Assembly: GCA_002457555.1 (NCBI GenBank)
Contig: NTJQ01000006.1
Location: forward strand, 4,468 to 68,467
Length of the DNA stretch: 64,000 nt
Direction: 5' to 3'
Source of the DNA: Marine Group II euryarchaeote MED-G37
GTDB taxonomy: Archaea; Thermoplasmatota; Poseidoniia; Poseidoniales; Thalassarchaeaceae
Of this stretch, positions 47,620 through 56,764 are shown one piece after another; the first letter of the stretch is position 1, and every line of letters begins with the position of its first letter. Under the pieces are notes generated by a model that had not been told where the DNA came from, did no database searches, and saw only the letters and a program-made list of their open reading frames with translations. Position numbers and translations under genes: made by a program.

Positions 47620-48423
47620 ATGGAAGCCGAAGACCTCTGGGGCGCACGCTGGACTTCGTCCGCAAATCCGTTGGCCCATCGCTACATGGAAACCGCCGCT
47701 AGAAAGCAGACTTTGGTATGTTTAGCGGCCGATATGCGGAGTGTAGGTGAACTGATTGATTTGGTCGAAGAAGTAGGGCCATATATCGCCGCGCTAAAGA
47801 CTCACGTCGACATGGTAGATGATTTTTCAAGCGAATCTTGGCAGGGCCTTGTCGACTCTGCAAAGAAGCACGATTTGTTACTGTTTGAAGATAGGAAGTT
47901 TGCAGATATCGGAAAGGTCTCGCAAAATCAGATGGCTGGTATACACGATATTCGTTCATGGGCCGACATCGTCACCGCTCACCGAATATCTGGCCCTGAT
48001 ATTGTAGAAGGCATAGCGGCAGGTTGGGCGGACGTCGCGAGGATAGGAGGCGTTCTACTTCTTGCTCAAATGTCTAGTAGTGGTAATCTACTGAATGCAG
48101 ATTACACTGATGAAGTGATTGCCACAGGAAGAGGTTCTCCGAACGTAATTGGATTCATTGGCAACGGTAGTTCCGCTGAAGAAGTCGCCGCATTGCGAGT
48201 AAAGGTAGGTGATTCGCAGATGATTTGGACACCCGGGGTGAATCTTGCAGTAGGTGATGGCGAGATGGGTCAAAGGTATGGGCATCCGAAAGGGGCAGTT
48301 CTCGCTGGCTCTGATGCGATTATTGTCGGTTCAGGAATCCATGGTGCAGATTCTAGGCAAGAGGCGGCAGCGGAGTACGCACGCGAGTCGTTCGAAGCAC
48401 TTTGTGAGCGCGAGGGGCAATAA
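47620..48423 (+). CDS. pyrF: Orotidine-5'-phosphate decarboxylase (UMPS-like type)
   Basis: CLAAD, LKTHVD, FEDRKFADIG, TPGV, GQRY, IIVG motifs. Confidence 0.93.
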   Translation: MEAEDLWGARWTSSANPLAHRYMETAARKQTLVCLAADMRSVGELIDLVEEVGPYIAALKTHVDMVDDFSSESWQGLVDSAKKHDLLLFEDRKFADIGKVSQNQMAGIHDIRSWADIVTAHRISGPDIVEGIAAGWADVARIGGVLLLAQMSSSGNLLNADYTDEVIATGRGSPNVIGFIGNGSSAEEVAALRVKVGDSQMIWTPGVNLAVGDGEMGQRYGHPKGAVLAGSDAIIVGSGIHGADSRQEAAAEYARESFEALCEREGQ

Positions 48424-48653
48424 TGCTCGAGGCGATTTTGAATTTGTTGATTGTTATCGTCACTCTCTTATTTGTAGGGTTCTTTTTTCTTCGTGAAATC
48501 ATTAAGCGATGGAGAATAGGCTTGAGGATGGCAGCTGGTGATGAGAGTTTACTCACAGACAGTTCCGTGTCTGTGAAAACGATTACCGATGCACCACAAG
48601 GAAGTGTGATTGTATCACATGTTCCTGCAAAAATAATTGATGACGGCCAATAA
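48423..48653 (+). CDS. Small single-TM hypothetical protein
   Basis: 76-aa ORF whose start overlaps the pyrF stop (TAATG). Confidence 0.65.
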   Translation: MLEAILNLLIVIVTLLFVGFFFLREIIKRWRIGLRMAAGDESLLTDSSVSVKTITDAPQGSVIVSHVPAKIIDDGQ

Positions 48654-48658
48654 TTAGG

Positions 48659-49357
48659 TCAAACCAATCCCATGACTTGGTCGATGAGTGAGTTTAGGTC
48701 GAGAATACCGGCGTAGTGAGCACCGCCGACAGCTCCGCCTGAGATAATCAGTAGGATAAATAATCGAATTATCCAACGCCCTTTTCGCTTGTTTTTTGTT
48801 GTTACAAGAGTGGGTGCGGGTTCGTTCGGCTGGGGAGGAGGTAATTCGATGCCTTCCATGGTTGGAATTGGTGCCCCAGGAAGTGGCGGCATTCCAGGCA
48901 AAGGAGGTAGTTCAGGAGGTTCGGGTTCTTCCAGAGTTGGGTATAATGCGTCCAAATCGGTTAGCCCTGGTGCTTCCGGTATTTTCCCCATCCATTGACT
49001 CCATGCTTCTTCGATAGAAGAGTCTGTGAATGGTGTCATCAAGACGCCGACGGCGCCAGCTGAATATGCTGCATCTTCGGCTAAGTCTATTCGGCCACGG
49101 CTGGATACGAATACTACGCGGGCCTTTGGATCGGATTCTCTCATCTCCAAAGCCGCTACATGGCCGTCGAGGGTCGGAATATCTACTGCTATGAAAACTA
49201 AATCGGGCCTCAGTGCTACGAATTCGTCGACTGCCTTATCTCCATCTTTGACAACTTCGGCGTTCCAATCTCTCTTGCGGAGGACCATCTGCAAGCGGCC
49301 TTCTGTGATTGAGTTACCAATCACGATGAGGGCCGTATTGGATTCATCCGCTGACAT
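48659..49357 (-). CDS. Pseudo-receiver (CheY-like) domain protein with Pro-rich linker and C-terminal TM
   Basis: PDLVFIAVDIPTLDG, GAVGVLMTPFT receiver pattern with the key residues substituted. Confidence 0.75.
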   Translation of the reverse strand: MSADESNTALIVIGNSITEGRLQMVLRKRDWNAEVVKDGDKAVDEFVALRPDLVFIAVDIPTLDGHVAALEMRESDPKARVVFVSSRGRIDLAEDAAYSAGAVGVLMTPFTDSSIEEAWSQWMGKIPEAPGLTDLDALYPTLEEPEPPELPPLPGMPPLPGAPIPTMEGIELPPPQPNEPAPTLVTTKNKRKGRWIIRLFILLIISGGAVGGAHYAGILDLNSLIDQVMGLV

Positions 49358-49398
49358 CTTCATAGTTACACAAGAGGTGTTGTTGAAGAAAGACGCGG

Positions 49399-50697
49399 TC
49401 AGCCTTCTTGTGAAAGAATCGAATCGATAAGCCAATCCGGCTCGAAATCTTGTAAGTCGTCGTAACCTTGTCCGACCCCGGCCAATACGATCGGGCGGCC
49501 AGTTGTATGGGCTATCGAAAGCGCTGCTCCTCCTTTGGCGTCTGTATCTAACTTACAAAGAACTGCACCATCGAAGCTCAGTATTCTCTGGAATTCTTTT
49601 GCCTGTATTACTGCGTCGTTACCAGCTAGGGCGTCTGCAACGAATAATACTAGATGGGGGCGTGTGACTCTGTGCACCTTTCGAAGTTCTTCCATCAAGT
49701 TGGTTTTGTTCTGCATCCTTCCTGCTGTATCGATGATAACGACGTCTTCTCCTCGAGCTTTTGCGCTCTCTAATGCATCTCTAGCAACAGCCGCTGCATC
49801 TCCTCCTCTTTGGCTGCGGATGCACCGTACTCCGAGCCTGTCTGCATGATTTGTTAGTTGGTCTATTGCGCCGGCTCGGAAGGTGTCTGCGGCCGCTAAA
49901 ACAACTGAGTATCCTTGGTTGGTCAATCGATTCGTGATTTTTGCGGTGGTGGTGGTTTTCCCGGTCCCGTTTACTCCAACCATCATTATCGAAACAGGAG
50001 TTCCTTGGTCTGCAAAGGATTTCACTGTTTTATCGAAATCCCAGTAGCCCGCCTCTAGCAAAGAAAGGAGTGCGTTTCGTAGAGCGTTTTCTATTACTTC
50101 GGACAAATCCGCCTTGCGCGCTATTCGGGCGCCGATTATTGAGCCGCGAAGTGTGGTCATTACATCGGTAACCGCATCATGGCCCATGTCGGCCATCAAT
50201 AGATCCGTTTCCAATTCTTCAAGGATTTCTTCTAGAGCATTGCTAGCCGCAATCACCTTGCCCCCGCGTGATAATTCTGCTTCGCCCAAATCTATCTTGA
50301 ATTCTGCAGTTTCATTCGCCACTAATTCTCTTCCAGTGGTACTTATCATTGGGTTGTGGAGTGCTTGATCTGGTTGTTTTTCGTCCGCCTTTGCTTGCGC
50401 GACTGCGGATTCTCTTTCCGCCTTTTTGCGAGATTTTTTATCGGTTGGGGTGGCGAATGGATCTTCTGGGAGTTCTTCTACAAAATCGTCCCACTGGTCT
50501 TCTACTTCTTCCTTGAATTGTTCGAACCCAGGCGGTGGTGGAGGGGGTTGGGTCTTCTTGGCTCTCTCGATTGCCTCCATCAGTTGGCGGCGTTGAAGAA
50601 GCGCTTCTTCCGCCTCAATCGAATCTTCTTCGACTGTGAAATCTGCCTCTTCTGCGGCTTCTTCAGCCTTCTTTTTGAAGCGGTCGAATAAACCCAT
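49399..50697 (-). CDS. ftsY: SRP receptor FtsY
   Basis: GVNGTGKTTT, DTFRAGA, DTAGR, KLDTDAKGG; acidic N-terminal region. Confidence 0.97.
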   Translation of the reverse strand: MGLFDRFKKKAEEAAEEADFTVEEDSIEAEEALLQRRQLMEAIERAKKTQPPPPPPGFEQFKEEVEDQWDDFVEELPEDPFATPTDKKSRKKAERESAVAQAKADEKQPDQALHNPMISTTGRELVANETAEFKIDLGEAELSRGGKVIAASNALEEILEELETDLLMADMGHDAVTDVMTTLRGSIIGARIARKADLSEVIENALRNALLSLLEAGYWDFDKTVKSFADQGTPVSIMMVGVNGTGKTTTTAKITNRLTNQGYSVVLAAADTFRAGAIDQLTNHADRLGVRCIRSQRGGDAAAVARDALESAKARGEDVVIIDTAGRMQNKTNLMEELRKVHRVTRPHLVLFVADALAGNDAVIQAKEFQRILSFDGAVLCKLDTDAKGGAALSIAHTTGRPIVLAGVGQGYDDLQDFEPDWLIDSILSQEG

Positions 50698-50714
50698 TTC
50701 TTCACCTCAGAATT

Positions 50715-51236
50715 TCAATCATCAAGTGTGAATTCTGTTCCTCTCTTACGTCGTCGGCGCTTTGGCCTTGTTTCTGTTACTTCGGAGTCTGTGCCTTCTG
50801 TAGATTCCTGGGCTTCGTCTTGTAAATCGGCCACGCCTTCATTGAATTGTGTTGCGAGTTTAATGACCAGTTCCTCGGTCTCGTCGAATTCCGATTTTAG
50901 GCTATCCATAAGACTCAGTAATTCTTGGTTTCTTGCAGATAATATCTCCAGTGCTTCTTCCCGTGTCTTCTCTGCTTGGATTCCACTACCTATGTCGATC
51001 ACGGCTCCGGCTTCTGAGGGTATGTCAGCAATGATTTGTACCCCTCCTCCGAGTGGAATCATTGCATCACTCGCTCCTGATTCAGGAATGGCTTCCAGTG
51101 CCATGATTGCGCGGGCTTGTTCTTGTCTGACTTCTTCCAAACGAGCCACTTGAGATTCAAGATTCTGAAGACGTTCGCGATTCGCCTCAACCTGTTGCGC
51201 GATGCGTTGCAATTCTGCCCTGTCGGGGTTGCTCAT
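50715..51236 (-). CDS. pfdA: Prefoldin alpha subunit
   Basis: Coiled coil - IPLGGG...VIDIGSG hairpins - coiled coil; adjacent to ftsY. Confidence 0.92.
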   Translation of the reverse strand: MSNPDRAELQRIAQQVEANRERLQNLESQVARLEEVRQEQARAIMALEAIPESGASDAMIPLGGGVQIIADIPSEAGAVIDIGSGIQAEKTREEALEILSARNQELLSLMDSLKSEFDETEELVIKLATQFNEGVADLQDEAQESTEGTDSEVTETRPKRRRRKRGTEFTLDD

Positions 51237-51321
51237 CGGTTCGTCGAGAAGTCAGGGTGCAATGAAGCCGTCGATGAATCATCGTCGTGATTTGTTTATC
51301 TAAGATAACTCAAAGCGTTGG

Positions 51322-52236
51322 ATGATGAGATTTGTAGCCCATTGCATGATTTGTTTGATGTTTGTGTCGTCGTTTTCTGGTTGCTTGGCAAGTGAGGATG
51401 ATGTCGATGATGGGCAATATATCGATGATGAAGAGGATTTGATCGATTACATCGAAGAGGGGATCTGTGGAGATATTGATGGGGATGGGGTTCCGGATTG
51501 TCCATTAAGTGGATATATCGAAGGCACTGAGCCCTGGTGGTGTACTTCAAGTGGAATTGGTGGCCATCACGTAGACCCTGTTTATGAGAATGCAGAGAAG
51601 GGGGGTCTTAGTGACGAAATATGTGAGTCCCTGACCTATGAGCTGAAGGCTGCGATTGAGTGGTCTCAGGAGTGGCCCACGCTGGGAGATGCTGAAGCTG
51701 CCGGATACAGCATGTCTGTTGAATATGTAGAAGGGATGGGGACTCACCATGTTATGCTCAATGATTTCTCAATGGAGGACTCTTCTTTCGATGCAGAAAA
51801 TCCTGTTTTCCCCGGTACAAGAATAGATTCTGTGTTTGAATTTGAAAGGCCTGAATTCCTAATGTATGGGGGTGAAGAAGAAGATTCTGAACTGGTCGGT
51901 TTCGCTTGGTTCGTACATTCTCCTGTGGATAACCCTCCTGAGGGCTTCTCGGGCGAAAACGATTGGTGGCACCGCCACGAAATAATGTGTTTCAGGCCCA
52001 ATGATTTTGTTTTCAGGGGAGAAGGTTTGAGTGACGATGTATGTGAAGAAAGAGGTGGTGAAAATATCAATCTAGAGGAGTACTGGATGGTGCACGCTTG
52101 GATTGTTAGGCCTTGGTTGACTTTTGATGATGTATTCACCAATCATCACCCGTGCTTGTATGAAGAGGGGCCAGAGACTGACCCAGAAGCAGAATGTTGG
52201 TCTGAGAGCACTGAACATGTTGGCCATGAAATCTAA
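51322..52236 (+). CDS. Acidic His-rich lipoprotein of unknown function
   Basis: FSGC lipobox; GMGTHH, PEFLMY, WHRH, WMVHAW motifs. Confidence 0.65.
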   Translation: MMRFVAHCMICLMFVSSFSGCLASEDDVDDGQYIDDEEDLIDYIEEGICGDIDGDGVPDCPLSGYIEGTEPWWCTSSGIGGHHVDPVYENAEKGGLSDEICESLTYELKAAIEWSQEWPTLGDAEAAGYSMSVEYVEGMGTHHVMLNDFSMEDSSFDAENPVFPGTRIDSVFEFERPEFLMYGGEEEDSELVGFAWFVHSPVDNPPEGFSGENDWWHRHEIMCFRPNDFVFRGEGLSDDVCEERGGENINLEEYWMVHAWIVRPWLTFDDVFTNHHPCLYEEGPETDPEAECWSESTEHVGHEI

Positions 52237-52310
52237 TTTCAGCATTGAGCGATTGTCCCGTTGTAGTCAAATAGGGCCCGTCTGTCGCCCGACTGCTGGA
52301 AGGATATCCG

Positions 52311-53192
52311 ATGGGTAGAGTTGTTTGGTTCACTGGCCTCTCCGGGGCGGGAAAAACCACCATTGCAATGGCTGCTGCAGAGCGGTTTGGTTGTGAGGTT
52401 CTTGACGGTGATACAATTCGGGATTTCTTTGCTAACCACGACTTCAGTAGAGAAGGTAGAGAAAGGCACCTACTAGGTATTGCCAAGATGGCAAAGATGA
52501 TTTCTAAGCACACTGATGTCCTATGTTCTTTCATCACCCCTTACGAGGATGTAAGAGAGAAGATTCTTGAGATTCTTCCAGATGATGCATTAATGGTGCA
52601 CATCTCTACGTCACTCGAGGTTTGTGAAGAACGTGATGTAAAGGGTCTGTATGCAAAGGCAAGAAGTGGAGAGATTTCCAACTTTACTGGGATTTCGGAC
52701 CCTTTCGATGAACCAAAATGTGCCCATATTACACTAAATTCAACTGGTGAAGAAGGCGGTTCGGTCGACGATATGGTCGAGCAGTTAGCTCACCTATTTG
52801 AGAAGAATAAGGCGGTTCTACTTCCTGGGCGTTGGCAGCCTCTCCACGTTGGTCATGAATGGTTAATCCAAAGAGAGTTGGACCAAGGAAAAAGAGTCGT
52901 TGTTGGAATTCGTGATACGCCCGTATCCGAGTCCGACCCTTACTCTGCTGATATGCGGAAGAGAATGATCGAGCACCGCTACGAAGGAGAAGAGGTTGAG
53001 GCTTGGATTATGCCAGATATTGAGGCCATATCCTATGGTCGAAAGGTCGGTTACGACCTACGTGAAGCAGATGATATTCCCCCGGAAGTATTCGCTGTCT
53101 CCGCCACAGGTGTTAGAGGTGGGGACAGAGCGAATGTATCTCAGAAAGTTATGGAATTCATGATTGCTGAGAGTATTTGGGACGGCGAGTGA
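52311..53192 (+). CDS. cysC: Adenylyl-sulfate kinase fused to a C-terminal HxGH nucleotidyltransferase domain
   Basis: GLSGAGKTT, LDGD, ITPY, RDVKGLY, NFTGISDP; then GRWQPLHVGH...YGRKVG...SATGVR. Confidence 0.9.
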   Translation: MGRVVWFTGLSGAGKTTIAMAAAERFGCEVLDGDTIRDFFANHDFSREGRERHLLGIAKMAKMISKHTDVLCSFITPYEDVREKILEILPDDALMVHISTSLEVCEERDVKGLYAKARSGEISNFTGISDPFDEPKCAHITLNSTGEEGGSVDDMVEQLAHLFEKNKAVLLPGRWQPLHVGHEWLIQRELDQGKRVVVGIRDTPVSESDPYSADMRKRMIEHRYEGEEVEAWIMPDIEAISYGRKVGYDLREADDIPPEVFAVSATGVRGGDRANVSQKVMEFMIAESIWDGE

Positions 53193-53230
53193 TTACAACA
53201 TTTGAATAGCAATGCTGGCTATTTCATATT

Positions 53231-53977
53231 GTGACCGAGTCCTTCGCCGTTCCCTTGTTTGTATTGCCGATGGGTATTTTTCCAATGTGCCAAGAGCCAT
53301 TGAGAGTATTTGAGCCAAGATACAAACAAATGTTGGACGACTGTGTTCTGAATAATTCTGAGTTCGGATACATAGCCGCAGACGAAGACGGCGAAGAGGT
53401 AAATGGGTGGACGCTTTCGTCCGAATATGGGGTTCTAACTTCTGCAGAGAATTTGCAGGAACAGGGCGCGAATTTGATGTTCACAGCGTATGGAGAAAAA
53501 AGATTCAGAGTAAAGAAAATCGTACCTGCAGCCCTTCCCGCTGAAGATTTTGGAGATGTATTTCCGTCTGTTGACGAACTTGTAGAACAATACATTGAGG
53601 AAGATGCGGAAGGGAAATTGTACATCAGAGCCGAAGTAGAGATTTTGGAACCTATAGATGGCGTTATTGATGACGATGATTGGATGAATATTTTGGAGAT
53701 GTGGGCATTGCAGATTGTCGAGATGTCTGGTATGTTTCGAAATGAAGATTTGTCGCTACCTGAAGTATTCTCGGTTCTGAAATCTGAGTTTTCGCCTTAT
53801 TCAGAGTATTCTTTATGGTTTGCTTGCCATTCATTATTAGATTCGAACGATGATCGCCAATCTGCCCTCGCTTCGGCCTCAGTGAGCGAAGTTCAGCAAT
53901 TGCTGGAGAGGACCGTTTCAGAAAAAAACGAACAGTTGAAAGCTATTCGTTTGGTTATGGAAAACGACTCGGAGTAA
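53231..53977 (+). CDS. LON peptidase substrate-binding (N-terminal/PUA-like) domain protein
   Basis: VPLFVL, LRVFEPRYKQML motif; no protease domain. Confidence 0.8.
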   Translation: MTESFAVPLFVLPMGIFPMCQEPLRVFEPRYKQMLDDCVLNNSEFGYIAADEDGEEVNGWTLSSEYGVLTSAENLQEQGANLMFTAYGEKRFRVKKIVPAALPAEDFGDVFPSVDELVEQYIEEDAEGKLYIRAEVEILEPIDGVIDDDDWMNILEMWALQIVEMSGMFRNEDLSLPEVFSVLKSEFSPYSEYSLWFACHSLLDSNDDRQSALASASVSEVQQLLERTVSEKNEQLKAIRLVMENDSE

Positions 53978-54025
53978 GTGTCTCGGAGTCTGTATGCTCA
54001 TAACTACGTAGTTTGGGGGGGTTGT

Positions 54026-54904
54026 ATGGCTGAAGTGCCTGAAGTAGGGGCTTTCTTGCTCGGTGCGCCCAAGTGTGGCACTACTTGGTTGGCAGAAGCA
54101 TTGACGCAGCACCCCGAAATTTGTGTCTCGGACCCAAAGGAGCCGAATATTGTCGCTAGCCATAAGGGGACCTTTGGACGAGATGTTTCTGAGCCCAATT
54201 GGGCGGCTTATGCAGATTGCTTCAATGGAGAAGGTTTGCGAATTGATTGCTCGGTTCATGCTATGGCTTGTCCTGTTGCTCCTTCACGTGTAGCAAATAA
54301 TTGGCCGGATGCGCGTCTTATCATTTGTCTCCGAGAGCCTGTTAGTCGAACGGTTTCTCATTGGAATATGGTTCTAGATACCAAAGAAGATGCAGAAAAT
54401 GGCACTGATTGGAGTGATTTTGGTGAGGCTTGGGCTGACTCGCGGCTTTCGGCTGATACTTTGTATGGTGCTGCGGTTGCAAGATGGTTACACCATTTTG
54501 ACCGCGAGTCGATTTTTTTGATTGAAGCAAATCGTATGCGCCATGATCCTTCGAAGGTTCTTGAGGACGTTTGTGATCATCTGTCCTTATCTTCACATTT
54601 GTTTGATTTAGAGTCGGTACACAATGCAAATACTGCCGCAGACCGACGGCCGATGACTGTTTTTGGCCGTCTTTTACGATTCACTTCGAGTCTGCTACCT
54701 GGTTTCATCAAAGGGCCCATCGTCAGAAGATTACAGACTAGGGGTGTGAATGTGTACAAGATGCCTGTTCTGTCAAACAAGGCCCCTGCAAAGAGAGAGA
54801 TCACTGAGTCGCAAAGGAATTTGTTAGCTAAAGAGGTGAATGCTGATTTGGCATTGCTGGAAGAGTCTATGGGTTTTGATTGCTCGAAGTGGTACATTCA
54901 ATGA
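54026..54904 (+). CDS. PAPS-dependent sulfotransferase
   Basis: 5'-PSB loop GAPKCGTTWL, KEP, and 3'-PB motif LREPVSRTVS; start ATG 54026. Confidence 0.88.
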   Translation: MAEVPEVGAFLLGAPKCGTTWLAEALTQHPEICVSDPKEPNIVASHKGTFGRDVSEPNWAAYADCFNGEGLRIDCSVHAMACPVAPSRVANNWPDARLIICLREPVSRTVSHWNMVLDTKEDAENGTDWSDFGEAWADSRLSADTLYGAAVARWLHHFDRESIFLIEANRMRHDPSKVLEDVCDHLSLSSHLFDLESVHNANTAADRRPMTVFGRLLRFTSSLLPGFIKGPIVRRLQTRGVNVYKMPVLSNKAPAKREITESQRNLLAKEVNADLALLEESMGFDCSKWYIQ

Positions 54905-54908
54905 CAAA

Positions 54909-56078
54909 TCATTGATGTTGAATCCATATCTCTGTCCATCGATTATCTGCGGCAACTAGGAAGTACGGATTGAGTACTTCTTCAACCAAGTCGTAGTCTA
55001 GTGTTTTTCCGTCTGGTCCGACTACTATGCCTCCGGCGCCTGAGACTACAGCATGTGCGGCGGCAATATCCCAACAGGAAGTCGGACCGAATCTTGGATA
55101 GATATCTGCGCCGCCTTCAGCAACAATGCAGGCCTTGAGTGAGGACCCCATTCGGACTAATTCGTGTTCTCCGACGGCTTCAGCGAACGATTCGTCCTTT
55201 TCTCCTCGATGAGAACCGCTGGCAACTAATTTCACCTTACCTTCAGTTGGCCGTACCATCATTGGGCCCGATCCTTCTGGACCGTCCCGCTGGGATGCTG
55301 CCAAGGCGCCCCCAAACCAAGTTGTATCAGATGCGGGGGCGTGAACTACTCCAAACAGTGGTTTCCATCTAGATTCGTTACGCTGCATCAAAGCAATATT
55401 GACTGTAAACATTCCATTTCTTTTGATGAATTCCTTTGTTCCGTCCAATGGATCAACCAACCAACATGTGTTACTCGACATAGGGTCGCCAACCCTTCCT
55501 TCTTCAGACACGATAGGGGTGGAGTCGATTGATTGTAATCCTGCTACAATTACGTCGTGGGCTGCGATATCTGCTTTTGTTAGTGGAGACTCATCTCCCT
55601 TCTGAGTGATTTCGAAATCTTCCGCGTTCTCGTAGACATCCATGATCGCTTCACCGGCTTGAGTTGCTATCTCAACAATTTTTTCGGGGGTAAATGATAT
55701 GGATGGCTTGGGAGGATTTTTGGTTAATTGGTTCTCTATGTGGTCCTTCAAAAGTTCAACAGAACCATCAAATGAAGTGAGTTCTTCGTCTGTTGCAAGC
55801 ATTACAAAACCGGAGTTGGTTTTGGCCACGATGCAGGGTGTCTTTCCTTCCGTGGCCTGCTTGACTTCTTCGGGCCTCTCGTTCAAATGAACTAGGTGAA
55901 ATGGTATTTCTGAGGTTTTTCTCCATTCCTTCATCTCTCCTTTTTCCCAAGCGACACTATGGGTTATGTCGCAGAGTGAGCAATGTTGGCCTCTGAATGC
56001 GACTCCCATCACGTAACGTAATTCCCCAAGTAAGCCGCCATCTGCATGGTACACCCCGTACATCGATTCGATCTTCAT
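54909..56078 (-). CDS. cysQ: CysQ 3'(2'),5'-bisphosphate nucleotidase with an N-terminal CxxC domain
   Basis: K.DESPLT.AD, SEEG, WLVDPLDGTKEF, SGSH, MGSSLK, WDIAAAH; N-terminal ~120 aa contain HCSLC. Confidence 0.9.
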   Translation of the reverse strand: MKIESMYGVYHADGGLLGELRYVMGVAFRGQHCSLCDITHSVAWEKGEMKEWRKTSEIPFHLVHLNERPEEVKQATEGKTPCIVAKTNSGFVMLATDEELTSFDGSVELLKDHIENQLTKNPPKPSISFTPEKIVEIATQAGEAIMDVYENAEDFEITQKGDESPLTKADIAAHDVIVAGLQSIDSTPIVSEEGRVGDPMSSNTCWLVDPLDGTKEFIKRNGMFTVNIALMQRNESRWKPLFGVVHAPASDTTWFGGALAASQRDGPEGSGPMMVRPTEGKVKLVASGSHRGEKDESFAEAVGEHELVRMGSSLKACIVAEGGADIYPRFGPTSCWDIAAAHAVVSGAGGIVVGPDGKTLDYDLVEEVLNPYFLVAADNRWTEIWIQHQ

Positions 56079-56092
56079 CTTCAACACCAGAT

Positions 56093-56647
56093 TCAGAATT
56101 CTTGCAGTTCGTCTGATGCTTTTTCCAGACTTTCTCGTGCTGGTTCTGATAGGTGTTGCATGAATGGATCATCATCACCTACGATGGTTTTCCATGAGTT
56201 CATTGTTCGTTGCCAAATTTCCTGTTCGGAATTCCACTCGAGCCACCGGTCGACGAAGTCGCAATGGCGTTGTACTTCTTCATCGTCCTCGGACATCTTG
56301 CGAAGAATTGTGTTAGTCTGAGCGAGAATTATTCCGAATGGGGCATTCAATTTGTATGTTGTAAATGGGTTTCGCTCCTGGACAACAGTTAGGTGTTCAC
56401 GCCATAGACCGAACGTTACGTCATACATCCAACCGATTGAGAGGACTATTACCACCACTCCTCCGAATATCCCTAAGAGGCCTAAGTAGGTAGGTGGTAT
56501 GCCCATTACAGAGTTCATTTCTTCAAATCTCCAACTAACTAAGGGCCAAATTAGGAGAGTTAATGTTGTACACCAAAAACCCATGGAAATGAGTGTTTGG
56601 CTCTGCTGTATTCGCCAGTATTGGCGCATTGCTGTCTTCTTAAGCAC
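56093..56647 (-). CDS. Hypothetical membrane protein
   Basis: 184-aa ORF with 2 TM helices, between the sulfotransferase and cysQ on the same strand. Confidence 0.65.
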   Translation of the reverse strand: MLKKTAMRQYWRIQQSQTLISMGFWCTTLTLLIWPLVSWRFEEMNSVMGIPPTYLGLLGIFGGVVVIVLSIGWMYDVTFGLWREHLTVVQERNPFTTYKLNAPFGIILAQTNTILRKMSEDDEEVQRHCDFVDRWLEWNSEQEIWQRTMNSWKTIVGDDDPFMQHLSEPARESLEKASDELQEF

Positions 56648-56764
56648 GGTTGGGGCTCCTTGCTATCCTCTTTCACAATTGCGTACACGCGTCGTGCGTG
56701 GAAATGGTTAGATCTTGGTTATCGAGACCTTGGCGCTAGGGATTTTTGTTGGCCGGGCTCTGTC

